Below the pieces are notes generated by a model that did no database searches, was not told the DNA's origin, and saw only the letters and a list, made by a program, of their open reading frames with translations. Source: Octopus vulgaris (taxonomy: Eukaryota). Taken from it: a stretch of DNA of 64,000 nucleotides. Below are positions 1-12,913 of the stretch, in pieces (position 1 is the first letter of the stretch; every line of letters begins with the position of its first letter). The stretch covers positions 62,310,001 through 62,374,000 of the forward strand of contig OX597828.1 of the NCBI GenBank assembly GCA_951406725.2, read 5' to 3'. Made by a program: the position numbers and the translations under genes.

Positions 1-8
1 GACGAGCT

Positions 9-26
9 ATATATACACACACATAA

Positions 27-69
<43 letters not shown>

Positions 70-422
70 TGTATGTGTGTATGTGTGTATATGTGCATTT
101 ATGTGCATATGTGTGTATATGCATATCCATGTATGTTTATATATGTACATGTATGTATGTATGTATGTATGTTTTCGTGTGTGAGTGTATGTATATGTGT
201 GACTGTGTGTATATATGTACATGCGTATGTGGATGTATATATAAATATGTGCGTAAACAGGGAGAGGTAAAAACTGATGTGTGCATGAATGGGAGTATGG
301 TAAAACAAATACATGTATGTATATGCATACATGTATATTCTTACATGTATGTATGTTTATTTACATGTGTACATTACATACGTATAAATGAGTGGTTATG
401 TATCTATGTATGTGTGTTTTTA

Positions 423-460
<38 letters not shown>

Positions 461-533
461 CACACATACTTAGGCATCAAACATATATGTCTAGATATGT
501 GTGTATGTAAATATATATAAATATATATATACA

Positions 534-595
<62 letters not shown>

Positions 596-699
596 CATAT
601 ATATACACACATATATATACATACATATACATATACTTATACGCATACATACATATATAGATATATCTGTATACAGTTATATATACATACATTTATATA

Positions 700-743
<44 letters not shown>

Positions 744-800
744 AATACATACACACATGCATATATAAATGAAACTAATATATGTATGTGTGTGTGTGTA
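9..800. repeat. Compound (TA)n/(TG)n/(TATG)n microsatellite field; similar fields recur throughout the window
   Basis: Dinucleotide and tetranucleotide runs are directly visible and explain the [12 protein letters not shown] ORFs. Confidence 0.95.
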
Positions 801-1046
801 TGTATATTACGTATCAGCTCTATTACCAAGTCCTCCCCTACCCCAACAGCACACAAGTTAACCATTTATCTTTCCACCCGCTTCCTCTATCATTTCTTAA
901 ATTCTCGCACATATTACCATCTTACACAACTCCATTTTATCTTCCACTCCCCCGCTTCCTAGATCTCTTTCTTCAAATTTCTCTCCTTTTTTTTTTAATC
1001 TTTCTATTTTATTTTATTCTGTTTTATTTTTTTAATTAGATTAAGA

Positions 1047-1440
1047 GTGTTTGTTGGTGAACTAGTTATTTGAGTGGAGGCGTTCGGTGGTGAACTAAAA
1101 TGTTTTCCTGAGCTTTGTTGATGAACCAGAAACCTGAGTGAGGTTGTTTCTCAGTGAGCCAGATAATTTGAGCGGAGATATTTGTTAGTGAACTATTTGA
1201 GTGAAGTTGTTTGTTAACGGACTAAATATTTGAATGAGACTGTTTTTTGGGGAACCAAATATTTGAGTGAAAAACTATTTGAGTCAAGGTTGTTTGTGAA
1301 CTAGATATTTAAGTGATGGTTGTTGTTGGTCAAGACGTCTAGTAAAAACGTTATTCCGGGTGAGTGATTGTTAAGGAATTAAATAATTGAGTGAAGGTGT
1401 TTATTGTTGAACTGCACTTTTAACGAAGATGGTAAATGGA
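1047..1440. repeat. Degenerate ~33-bp minisatellite, consensus approximately TGTTTGTTGGTGAACTAGATATTTGAGTGAGGT
   Basis: GAACTA/GAACCA...ATTTGAGTG recurs at roughly 30-35 bp spacing, about 10 diverged copies. Confidence 0.6.
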
Positions 1441-1599
1441 CCAAACATTTTATCATGTCACAGACGGTCAACGAATTATCCAACAGAGACTGTCAGATTA
1501 TACTAAATATTTTACTAGTCGTATTAGTAAACATATATATTCAACCAAACAAATAGTTTACTGGAAAATGCAGTAACGGTTCGACGGTTTGCGAGATTG

Positions 1600-1910
1600 G
1601 CCGGACAGCCCGAGATGCGTTCAGACCAACGGAACCATACTCCACGCACTCTTTCAGTCTACGAGCATTGCAGGTTAGTGGAATGATGTCGAAGAATTGT
1701 TGTCGTCTGCCAGATGAAACCGGCTGTCGACTGGGTACATCGCGAGGATCGACTCACTACACAATTTTAACAAAGTATGGCAGACAGTGTTCCTATGTTT
1801 TGTGGCTATGATGAAAGAGGTTGTGCTACGGACGAGGCTGGAACAATTGAGGACAGGCACCTTCCTCGTCAGTCAAGCCCTCGTCGACTTTCTTAAGTTC
1901 CACTTAGGAA
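1600..1910 (+). mobile_element. Decayed Tx1-clade LINE ORF2 C-terminal fragment (zinc-finger region)
   Basis: Manual translation SPRCVQTNGTILHALFQ..*WNDVEELLS..FVAMMKEVVLRTRLEQLRTGTFLVSQALVDFLKFHL aligns with CPRCGQSDETVMHALVQC..LVAMAKECIWWTRLKGLETNTFLSGRSLINFFKYHL of the element at 12914-13402. Contains in-frame stops. Confidence 0.8.
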
Positions 1911-2407
1911 GCGGTAGCAGCAGCGGCGATGGTGGTGATGACGAATGAGAGTCATTGAGAATGTCATTAACCTATCTAATTCAGTTTTGGTCCTAATATT
2001 ATTTCCCACAATTTAAAGACAGCAGGGTTGGAAATCCGGCAAAGCGTTTTACAATACTCTACCAATTTTAGAGCCTTGTACTATGTTCTGCAATATTTAG
2101 TCACCCTAACCACGTTCTAGGTTAGATTTGATCGCCTATACGCTCTGACATGCAAATGAGCAGCCTGTCGATGGAAGCAACTATCATTTTATTCCTTAGC
2201 ATAATGGTAAAAGCAAGCTTTAGTAGACAGTAAGCTTTCAGTCGTCTAAAATCTAAGATGGCTGTTGTTTACCGTTAATTCACATATACCACTATCTACT
2301 TCCGGTCAAGAAAATAAACTCAAACAAGGCGGATAAATGTAATACGTAAGACAAGTATGCGCGCGCGCACACGATTTATATAGTTACATGAATATATATC
2401 TAAATAT

Positions 2408-2504
<97 letters not shown>

Positions 2505-3058
2505 CATACATACATACATACATACATACATAACCATATAAGGAACTCAAAGAACGTAAATAACATACGAATATACGTGTGTATGTTCATATGTGTATGT
2601 ATATATATTTGTGTTTGTGCGAAAATGTACTTACATACGTAGATGCGTCGTACACACATACATGCATACTTTATACATATGTACAAACATACATACATAC
2701 ATGCATACATAGACACGAACACATACACACACAACGAAACACACAAAGGCAAACTGTTGACATGAAGTACAAGTCCAAGTTGTTGCTAAGCAACTGGTAA
2801 AGCCTTCCTCCACCTCACTCCCTCCCTCTGGTAATTAAAGCCGATGATGCCATATTGCCATGTTGAATGTGTTCTTTGGTAAAAAGCACACATTTCCACG
2901 AACATTGTAACTTAATATCTTTGGTGTATATAGCCATGTGTAAGTATGTATATATGGGTCTCTGGTATGAATGAACTACCTATGTGTCTGAATGTAAATA
3001 TGTGTGTAGATTGTATACGAATATATATGTATATGTACGTATATGCACATATATATAC

Positions 3059-3090
<32 letters not shown>

Positions 3091-3187
3091 GTGTGTGTAT
3101 GTGTATATATACACATATATATGTGTGTGTATATGTGTATATATATATACACGTATAATGTATGTATATATACATATTTATATACAT

Positions 3188-3254
<67 letters not shown>

Positions 3255-3265
3255 TATATACATAT

Positions 3266-3366
<101 letters not shown>

Positions 3367-4291
3367 GTACATACATACGTGCATATACACATATATTGAA
3401 AGATCTGAAGTAAAAAGCAAAAGAGGAAGAGAGGAAGGAGAGAGAGGAGTTTGGATTGAATGTGGTGCCTGAATTAGTGTTTCTATGTAGTGATCGTGTG
3501 TGTATGCATGCATGCGTGTATGTATTTATGTATGTATGCATGTATGTACGTACGTAACTACGCATATACATACGGACATGTGAACAGTTGCAGAGTTGTG
3601 CAAGTATGCATCATGTGCACAAATGAGTGTATAAAAACATGCAGCTGGCGTTTTGTACGCGTGGTATTTGGACGAGATTGGTCTGTGGGTTTATTGCAAG
3701 TATTTTCGTGTTGTCGATGTGACGGAAAATTGGATAGCCGGCCATATTAGAGGCTAGAAGACTATCGTCTGAGATTAACTTCCGAGAATATATTGACTTC
3801 ATGTCGCTTTCAGATTCAGACTGACATACAGACAGCCAGATATGTCGACAGGTAGGCAGATAAACAGACTCTCTCTCTCTCACTCACTCTCTCTCTCTCA
3901 CACACACGCACTGATAGAGAGACAGACTGATTGACACACATACATAGAGACAGACAGACAGGCTGACTTGCAAACAGACTGTTAGATAAACTGACTGATA
4001 TTTTAACATACAGAAGACAGTCGGAATAAGCAAAGACGTTCCTGTAGTGACCGTGCGGCTGATTTTTCTCAGACAATATTTCTAAGTCTATAATATCCAA
4101 TGACGACGTCGACGATAATGATGATGATGATGAGGAGGAGGAGGAGGGGGAGGGGATAGGGGAGGATAGGAGGATAGGAGGGGAGGATGGCTGTATTTAT
4201 GACGATTATGGAGACGACGGTGATGGTTATAGGGATTGGTGGTGCAGGTGGTGGTGATGATGATGATGAGGAGGAGGAGGATTACTCTAAA

Positions 4292-4441
4292 CAGACGTGT
4301 AGCTGTGTGGTAAGGAGTTTGCTTCCCAGCCACATGGTTGTGGGTTCAGTCCCACTGCATGGCACCTTGGGTATTATAGTTTCGGGCCGATCAAAGACTT
4401 CTGAATGGATTTGATTGACGGAAACTGAAAGAAGCCCATCA

Positions 4442-4495
<54 letters not shown>

Positions 4496-4695
4496 TGTGT
4501 GTGTGTGTGTGTGTTCGTCCTCCACCACCGCTTGACAACCGGTGTTGGTTTGTTTACGTGCCCCACAAAGACCGATAGAATAACCATCGGGAATTAAAAG
4601 GAATAGCTCTTGTGGCCGATTCGTTTGAGTAAATATTCTTCAAAGCGGTGCTCCAGCAGGGCCACGGTCCATCGACTGAAACAAGAAAAGATAAA
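4292..4695 (+). mobile_element. tRNA-derived SINE, family A (diverged copy)
   Basis: Head TAGCTGTGTGGTAAG...GGTTCAGTCCC (A/B box-like), internal (TG)n, and tail GCTCCAGCAGGGCC...ACTGAAACAAG; homologous to 32507-32927. Confidence 0.85.
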
Positions 4696-4759
4696 AGTCT
4701 TTTGTGGGGGGAGAGGGGGTTGTGTTTTAATGTTGGTCACAAATATTTGTCAGTTTATT

Positions 4760-4881
4760 ACTCTCTTTACTCTTTTTCTTGTTTCAGTCATTTGACTGCG
4801 GCCATGCTGGAGCGCCGCCTTTAGTCGAGCAACTCGACCCCGGGACTTATTCTTTGTAAGCCCAGTACTAATTCTATCGGT
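4760..4881 (-). mobile_element. SINE family A, 3' fragment
   Basis: Near identical to 32507-32630 (CTTGTTTCAGTCATTTGACTGCGGCCATGCTGGAGC...). Confidence 0.85.
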
Positions 4882-5224
4882 TATTGTTCTTAATATTTAT
4901 TTTTTGTTGTTATTTACTTGTTTAGTTGTTTTGGTGTCGAATTTTAGTTCTGTTGTGCGGGTGTGTTGTTATTGCGACATTGTAGTTGAAACTGTCTCTG
5001 GTTTTTGCGTTTGTAGCGGCTGTCTTTCACTCCTTTTCCATCGATTGTGGGGAAATTTTGTCGATGCTATCGTTGGAATTTCATTTTCATATCGTTTGTT
5101 ATGTTTTTAATGTCGTTGGTTTCCATTTGATCGGTGCCAGTCCGTTCTTTTTGAGCGTTGTAGTTCGTCTTTTGATATTGTCTTTAACCTCCAGGGATTT
5201 TGTAGCCAATAAAAGAAATCGTTA

Positions 5225-5400
5225 TTTTGGTGGCTCTGGCGAAAGAGATTCTGTGGTGAACGAGACTGGAAGAACTGGAGACGATTTCCACTTCGGCCAA
5301 GACCAGATCGACATTTTTAAAATCCAGATCAAAAAATAAAGCGGTGGTGGGGAGGGGTGCTTCCCATTTAATTTGGTAAAAGATGGTCGAATGGATGGCC
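5225..5400 (+). mobile_element. Decayed Tx1-clade LINE ORF2 C-terminal fragment
   Basis: LVALAKEILW*TRLEELET then (frameshift) DIFKIQIKK matches LVAMAKECIWWTRLKGLET..FFKYHLKK. Confidence 0.7.
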
Positions 5401-5526
5401 CGAGTGAGTGGGCCTGCTCTGAGCTCGCGTCAGTAGGCTGGAAAGAACGGATGGGAGTGGTAGGTGTCCTTGTTGTAGCATTGGTGATTGGAATGATCCA
5501 GGATCAGTGGAGTTTCTTCGCTACAC

Positions 5527-5638
5527 TTGAGTGGTGCCCCTTGAGTGATACTTCTTGAGTGATGCTCCTTGAATGGTACTCCTTGAGTGGTACTCCTTGA
5601 GCGGTGCCCCTTGAGTAGTGCTCCTTCGGTGGTACCCC
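5527..5638. repeat. 14-bp minisatellite, 8 copies (TTGAGTGGTRCYCC)
   Basis: Units read directly: ttgagtggtgcccc ttgagtgatacttc ttgagtgatgctcc ttgaatggtactcc ... Confidence 0.9.
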
Positions 5639-5785
5639 CCCCCACTACTGGGCAACTTAGTTACCAGTTTTCTTATTGTAATTGCTTTATTGTTTACACT
5701 GTTTATGCAAATTACTATTGCCCTTGTATTTCTTTATTAGCCTCAAGGACAAAAAACTAAATAAACAAAAACATTTAGGATGATA

Positions 5786-5828
<43 letters not shown>

Positions 5829-6130
5829 CGACGACGACGATGACGATGATGATGATGATGATGATGAGTGTCCTTTCTACTCTAGGCACAAGGCCTGACA
5901 GGTTCGTTTTTGTTTGTTTATTTAGTTATTTGTCCTTGAGGCTAATAAAGAAAGTCTTGAGCGGAATGGCCAACACGTCGGACAAAAGGCTGATGAGGTT
6001 TCTTTTACCTTTCATCCTTTTGGTGTTGATAAAATGAAGGACCAGCAAGTACCGGGGTCGATATAATTGATTTACCCACTCTCCACTAAAATTGCTGGCC
6101 CTGTGCCAAAAATTCGAAACAGTTATTAAA

Positions 6131-6325
6131 GGCGGCGACCTGGCAGAATCGTTAGAATGCCGGACAAAATTATCAGCGGCATTTCTTCCGGTTTTACGTT
6201 CTCAGTTCAAATTTGCCGAGGTCGACTTTGCCTTTCATCCTTTCGGGGTCGATAAAGTAGGCACCAATTGAGTACTAGGGGTAATGTAAGCAATACCCTC
6301 TCCTTTTCAGACCTTGCACCTAGAG
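6131..6325 (+). mobile_element. tRNA-derived SINE, family B
   Basis: GGCGGCGACCTGGCAGAATCGTTAG (A box)...GTTCAAATT (B box), then GCCGAGGTCGACTTTGCCTTTCATCCTTTCGGGGTCGATAAA. Further copies near 6886-7095(+), 47630-47815(-), 47955-48075(+), 49600-49800(-), 54159-54550(+) and 59045-59480(-). Confidence 0.85.
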
Positions 6326-6348
6326 CGGAAAAGATGATGATGATGAGG

Positions 6349-6433
<85 letters not shown>

Positions 6434-6434
<1 letters not shown>

Positions 6435-6672
6435 CTGTTGTGTCTGGGGAGAGTGATTTTCTTTTTGTGCCTTATAATGTAACACACTCACCGTTAAATT
6501 TCCACTTATTGCTTATTTTTATTTTCAATAGTCTTCACTCTCAAGACTTTTCAATAGTCTTGAGAGTGAAGACTATTGAAAATAAAAATAAGCAATAAGT
6601 GGAAATTTAACGGTGAGTGTGTTAACATTATTTGGCACAAAAAGAAAACGACTCTCCCCGGACACAACAGAA
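6434..6672. repeat. Long near-perfect inverted repeat (~115-bp arms, 7-nt spacer)
   Basis: ...AATAGTCTTCACTCTCAAGACT-tttcaat-AGTCTTGAGAGTGAAGACTATT...; arms extend out to TCTGTTGTGTC / GACACAACAGA. Confidence 0.9.
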
Positions 6673-6726
6673 TATGTTTCAACACACGAACTCATATAAA
6701 GAATCTTGCAAACCAAATCCAAAAGC

Positions 6727-6790
<64 letters not shown>

Positions 6791-6805
6791 ACAACAACAA
6801 CAACA

Positions 6806-6886
<81 letters not shown>

Positions 6887-7811
6887 GGCTATAAGCTGGC
6901 TGAATCGATAGCACGCGGGTCAAAATGTTTAGCTGTATTTCATCTGTCGCTATGTTCTAAGTTCAAATTCCACCGAGGTCAACTTCGCCCCTCATCCTTT
7001 CGGGGTCGATAAATTAAGGACCAGTGGAACACTGGGGTCGATGTAATCGTCTGGCACCTCCCCACGAACCTGTCAGGCCTTGTGCCTACAGCAGAAACGA
7101 CACTCATCATCATCATCATCATCATCATCATCACCATCGTCATCATCGTCATCATCATCGTCATCATCATCGTTATCATCCTTTCAAATTATCTATATTC
7201 AGCTGCAAAGCAATTTTCTTAATTCTGTTTCTTTCGATTTTTTTTTTGTTTTGTTTTGTTTTTGTTTTTTTGTTTTTTTTTTCTTTGCCTTCAGAAACAC
7301 ATTTGCTGGTTTTGGAGATTCTTGGAGGCGTTCCCTCTCAAAGACACTGTTTTGTCAATTTACAAACGAAGAAATTATTTTCTTCTGAAAATAAAGTCTT
7401 TCGTTTATTTTTATTTATCTTCTTTTCTCAAAAAAGGCTGGAAATGATGCCAATAATTAAATAGTTACCTTTCTTATGGAGTCAGCACAGAAAATAATTT
7501 TTGTTTTTTTTTCCCCACTTAAATTCCATTCGGTAAATCCAACTCCTGTAGAGCTGAAGATAACACAACTTGACAACATCATCATCATCACCACCATCAC
7601 CGTCGAAACCACCACCACCACCACTGCCATCATCAGCATCATCATCAACGTTACCACCATCACACCACCACCATCACCATCATCACTATCATCATCATCA
7701 TCATCTTGGACAACAACAAAAACAATAGTTTCTGATTTCGGCACAAGGCCAAATAATTGGGAGAGGCAGGGTTAGTAGATTAAATCGACGCCAGTACTTG
7801 ACTGGTACTTT

Positions 7812-7851
7812 GATAATAATAATGATGATGATGATGATGATGATGATAATG

Positions 7852-7897
<46 letters not shown>

Positions 7898-7969
7898 TAA
7901 AATGATAATATTAATAATGATGATGATGATGATAATAATAATAATAATAATAATATTAATAATGATGAT

Positions 7970-8035
<66 letters not shown>

Positions 8036-8057
8036 AATAATAATAATAATAATAATA

Positions 8058-8089
<32 letters not shown>

Positions 8090-8364
8090 AAAAATAATAA
8101 TAATAATAATAATGATGATGATGATGATGATGGGGATAATAATAATAATAGTAATAATAACGATGATGATGATGATGATGATGATGATAATGACGATGAC
8201 GACGACGACGATGATGATGATGATGATGATTTTTTTTGTCTTATGATAATGATTGTAAGAAGTAAGAGAAGAAGAAGAAGAAGAAGAAGAAGAAGAAGAA
8301 GAAGAAGAAGAAGAAGAAGAAGAAGAAGAAGAAGAAGAAGAAGAAGAAGAAGAAGAAGAAGAAG

Positions 8365-8393
<29 letters not shown>
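7812..8393. repeat. Compound (AAT)n/(GAT)n tract followed by (AAG)n
   Basis: Directly visible. Confidence 0.95.
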
Positions 8394-8395
<2 letters not shown>

Positions 8396-8671
8396 CCTTT
8401 AAAGAGGTCTCAGCCTTTTTTTTCTTCTTGCTTTTTGTTAGGGTTCACTCTTTTCGTTCTGTGGTGAGACGGCTCCTTCTTTATCTCCTTCTGTCTTTTG
8501 TATCCTCTCAGACAGGAAATCTTACTCACTTTCCGTCTCCTTCCCCTCCTCACAAGACGATGAATTGGCATTGTTGATTAAGATAGAGAAATGGAATCGC
8601 CATCCATGGGTTTTCGAGACAGGGCCCTATGATATACTGTGCCCTATAACATACATAAAGCCTGGGAGCCT

Positions 8672-9130
8672 CTATTGTTCTCTGCCACTTTTCTGTCTGT
8701 TTAGCTTTTCCGGTTCTTCAGAGTAAATGCTTCTCATATGGTCTTTGTTCTCACATGCAACCCAACGAGAACTTGTGCCCTGTACCATAAGTCTCATGCG
8801 CCTTCTGTTTCTGCACCTTCGTCTCGGTAGAGTTCCGATACGGTTCTGAGGTTGTGGAGCAACATTAAATCCATACTGACCGCTCCCTATCATGTGTCGC
8901 CCCTTGTCACTTCTACATGGCTCTTCTGCTCAAATTGCAACAAAAAAGGTGACAACGAAACAGGGGAAGAGTTTTTTGTTTCTACGCCCTATCACCTCTG
9001 TATCTCTCTGCTCCAGATTGCGGGATACAAGTGTGTGGTCACGTGTTCGGGGGATGTCTTTGATTTCAGAAACAACAAAGATACCCCGTATATTCTGCCT
9101 GCTCGAAGGAGAATGTTTACCCCTTACATC
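8672..9130 (-). mobile_element. Possible highly decayed Tx1-type ORF1 relic
   Basis: LMVQGTSSRWVACENKDHMRSIY has the same spacing as YVVVEGRRPRCYLCGSEEHLKRDC (zinc knuckle of the 12.6-18.3 kb element), but two Cys are lost. Confidence 0.35.
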
Positions 9131-9523
9131 GTATAGGGCTTCTCTAAACTGCTCTTTTCGGGGCGTTTAGACGAACTCTCTATTTCTTAGGAAACAGAGA
9201 TAAGCAATGTTTTCCTTTCCCGTATGTAATCGTCAGGCCGGGAGGCGCTACCCTTTGTGACGCATCTCCGCCGTATCGACTTTTTTTTTCGGAAAAGATT
9301 CACATTTAAACTTTTATATCGTTTACACCATCGAAGGAGCCATTGGCAATCGAAAGAATGGAAATGTTTTTTTCGTTTGGCAAAAAATGTGGGTGTCGAT
9401 TTTATTGTTTTGTTGTTGACAAAATTTCCTTTCGAGTTTTTCAAGCTAATGTTTTTATGGCTGTTAAAATATTTTCTTTCTGTTCATGTTCAACATTAAT
9501 ATCTTGCTCGGCAATTAAATTAC

Positions 9524-9638
<115 letters not shown>

Positions 9639-9816
9639 TCTCTCACTCTGTTTTCTGTTTGTGAACTGTGTTCTTTTGTTTCTTGTCAATTTTATTTAAA
9701 GGGGCGTGGTTCGGAGTTCTTGAAAGCATATTTGTGTATGTAGACAATGTGTATATATATATACCCACACACAAACACACACATACATACGTACAAATAT
9801 TAATTCATTTATACAT

Positions 9817-10530
<714 letters not shown>

Positions 10531-12117
10531 GTATGCACATATATATATATTATGCGTGTGAGCTTCTGTGTGTGTGTGCGTGCGCGCGTGTGTGTGTGCG
10601 TGCGTGTGTGCGTGTGTGTGTTCATGTCTGTAAGTGTATGCATGTAAATGCGTGTGTAAGTGTACATATACGTATATGCTTGTGTGTGCATGTGTGTGCA
10701 GTGTACATGTGCTTGTGTGTATGCGTGTATAAAAGTGTGTATGAAAGAGCACGCGCGCGTGTGTGTGTGAATAAGTGTATATGTTTAAGTGTGTGCAAGT
10801 GTTTTTAGGTGTATGTATTCGTAATAATAGCGTGTATAGATGTGTATGTGTGTGAGAGATAGCGTATGTGCTATTGTGTGTGTGTGTGTGACCTTGTGTG
10901 CATGTGCAACTGTGTGTACGTATAAGTCTGTAGAAGTATGCTTGTGTGCGTGTGTGTGTGTCTCTGTGTGTGTGTGTGTGCGTGTGTGTGTGTATGTGTG
11001 TGTGTAGTTAGTTCAGTTCTCTCAGAGCCCAAGCATCTAAAATAACTCTTCTTACGTTAAACCCATATGACCACCACCCACTATTTATGTATTACATGAA
11101 TTATTATTGTTGTTGTTGTTGTTGTTACCATCATTATTATCACCATCGCCATTGTTATTACTAACATCATTATCACCGTGTTCTTCATCATCTTTATTTC
11201 TACCAACATCACCATCATTATCATTTATCGTCATCATCATCATCATCGTCGTCGTCGTCGTCGTCGTCATCGTCATCATCATCATCATCATCATCATTAT
11301 TATCCAACAAGACAAACGCGGTTATACAATAATTTACCGCGTTTTCGCTCGCACCGAACCATCATCGTGGGTCAACTCTCCATTAACAGAGGCTTAGTTT
11401 GTTTCTCCAAGACACTGACATTGGCTTCAAATATATTTCTCACTCACCTGGCACCAAAGCATCAAGTCTTTTACTCTAATTACTTTTTTCTTTTGCGTTT
11501 TCTGTTCTTCCTTTGCTTTACCATTATTTTTTCTAAAATTTTTGTTTTGTTTGTCTTTTACTGCTTACATTTTTTTCTTCCTTTTTTTTCTGTTGTTGTT
11601 GCTTGATTTGGGTTCTAATGGTCAACGGTCGCCAAATTTCTTTAAGAGAAGCGAAACAGAAATAGTTATGCGATGTCTTAATCTCGCCAACTCACGTAAC
11701 TAAAGGATGGCCATAAATTTGCTCTTCCAAGAATGTTTTACATTAACAAGAGAACGGCCAGCATTTGCCTTCAAAGTGGCTTCCGCACGATACACGGACG
11801 CTATTCTTCACAACGCTGCATTAATGCGAAAGAATGGTGGGGGGGGGGGGGGCAAATGGCAAAACGAAAGAGAGCGAGAGAAAGGCTATATTACACCTAT
11901 TTGAGGTTTTATGTGTATGTGTGTATGTGTGTGTATGCGTGTGTGTGTGCGTGTGTGTGCGTGTGTGTGCGTGCGTACATGTGTGTGCGTGTGTAATTGT
12001 GTGTACGCTTATGTATAGACATAATATATATATACATGCGCATGCATACACATATGCATGTATTAGCATATTTATAAGTATATTTATGTATATGTGTGTG
12101 TGTGAGTGTGTGTGCGC

Positions 12118-12157
<40 letters not shown>

Positions 12158-12164
12158 ATATATA

Positions 12165-12232
<68 letters not shown>

Positions 12233-12550
12233 TGTATGTATGTATGTATGCACGTATGTATGTATGTGCGTATATATATATGCATGCATGAGCATATGAA
12301 AGTATATGTATCTGTGTATGTATGTATGTATGTATGTATGAATGTATACAGGAATATATGTACAAAGCTTTTCACGGACAAACACGCATACAGAGCATAT
12401 ACAAATGCATGCAGATCCGCAGACAGGCAGACAGGCAGGCAGACAGACAGACAGGCAGGCAGGCAGACAGACAGACAGGCAGACAAACAGGCAGGCAGAC
12501 AAGCAGACAGGCAGACAGGCAGACAGACAGATAGATGGACAGACAGACAA

Positions 12551-12617
<67 letters not shown>
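12551..12617. repeat. (GATA)n left flank of the Tx1 element
   Basis: Directly visible. Confidence 0.95.
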
Positions 12618-12618
<1 letters not shown>

Positions 12619-12913
12619 ATTTCTTTATTGGTCACACAGGGCTAAACACAGAGGGGACAATTACAATGTAGAGTTTTTCTTTTCGAGGGGGGCGAAAACA
12701 AAGTAAAAAAATAGAGACAACGATCAAAATGGATCGAAATCGTTGGGGATATATGCAAAAAATATCGAAATAGTACAAAATGTTCCCAAGAAATGGGGAG
12801 GTTTATCTGTGGAAAGAAAAACCTACGAAAAGACCACAGTAACCTCGGGCAATTACGTCACATATCAACATTTATTTACAAATAAGTAACTCTCTGTATT
12901 ACATTTTTACGGT

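Noticed and set aside
1047-1440. CRISPR-like periodicity (also 5527-5638 and 50107-50410)
   Set aside because: Units are contiguous and degenerate with no unique spacers, no cas genes, and a eukaryotic context.
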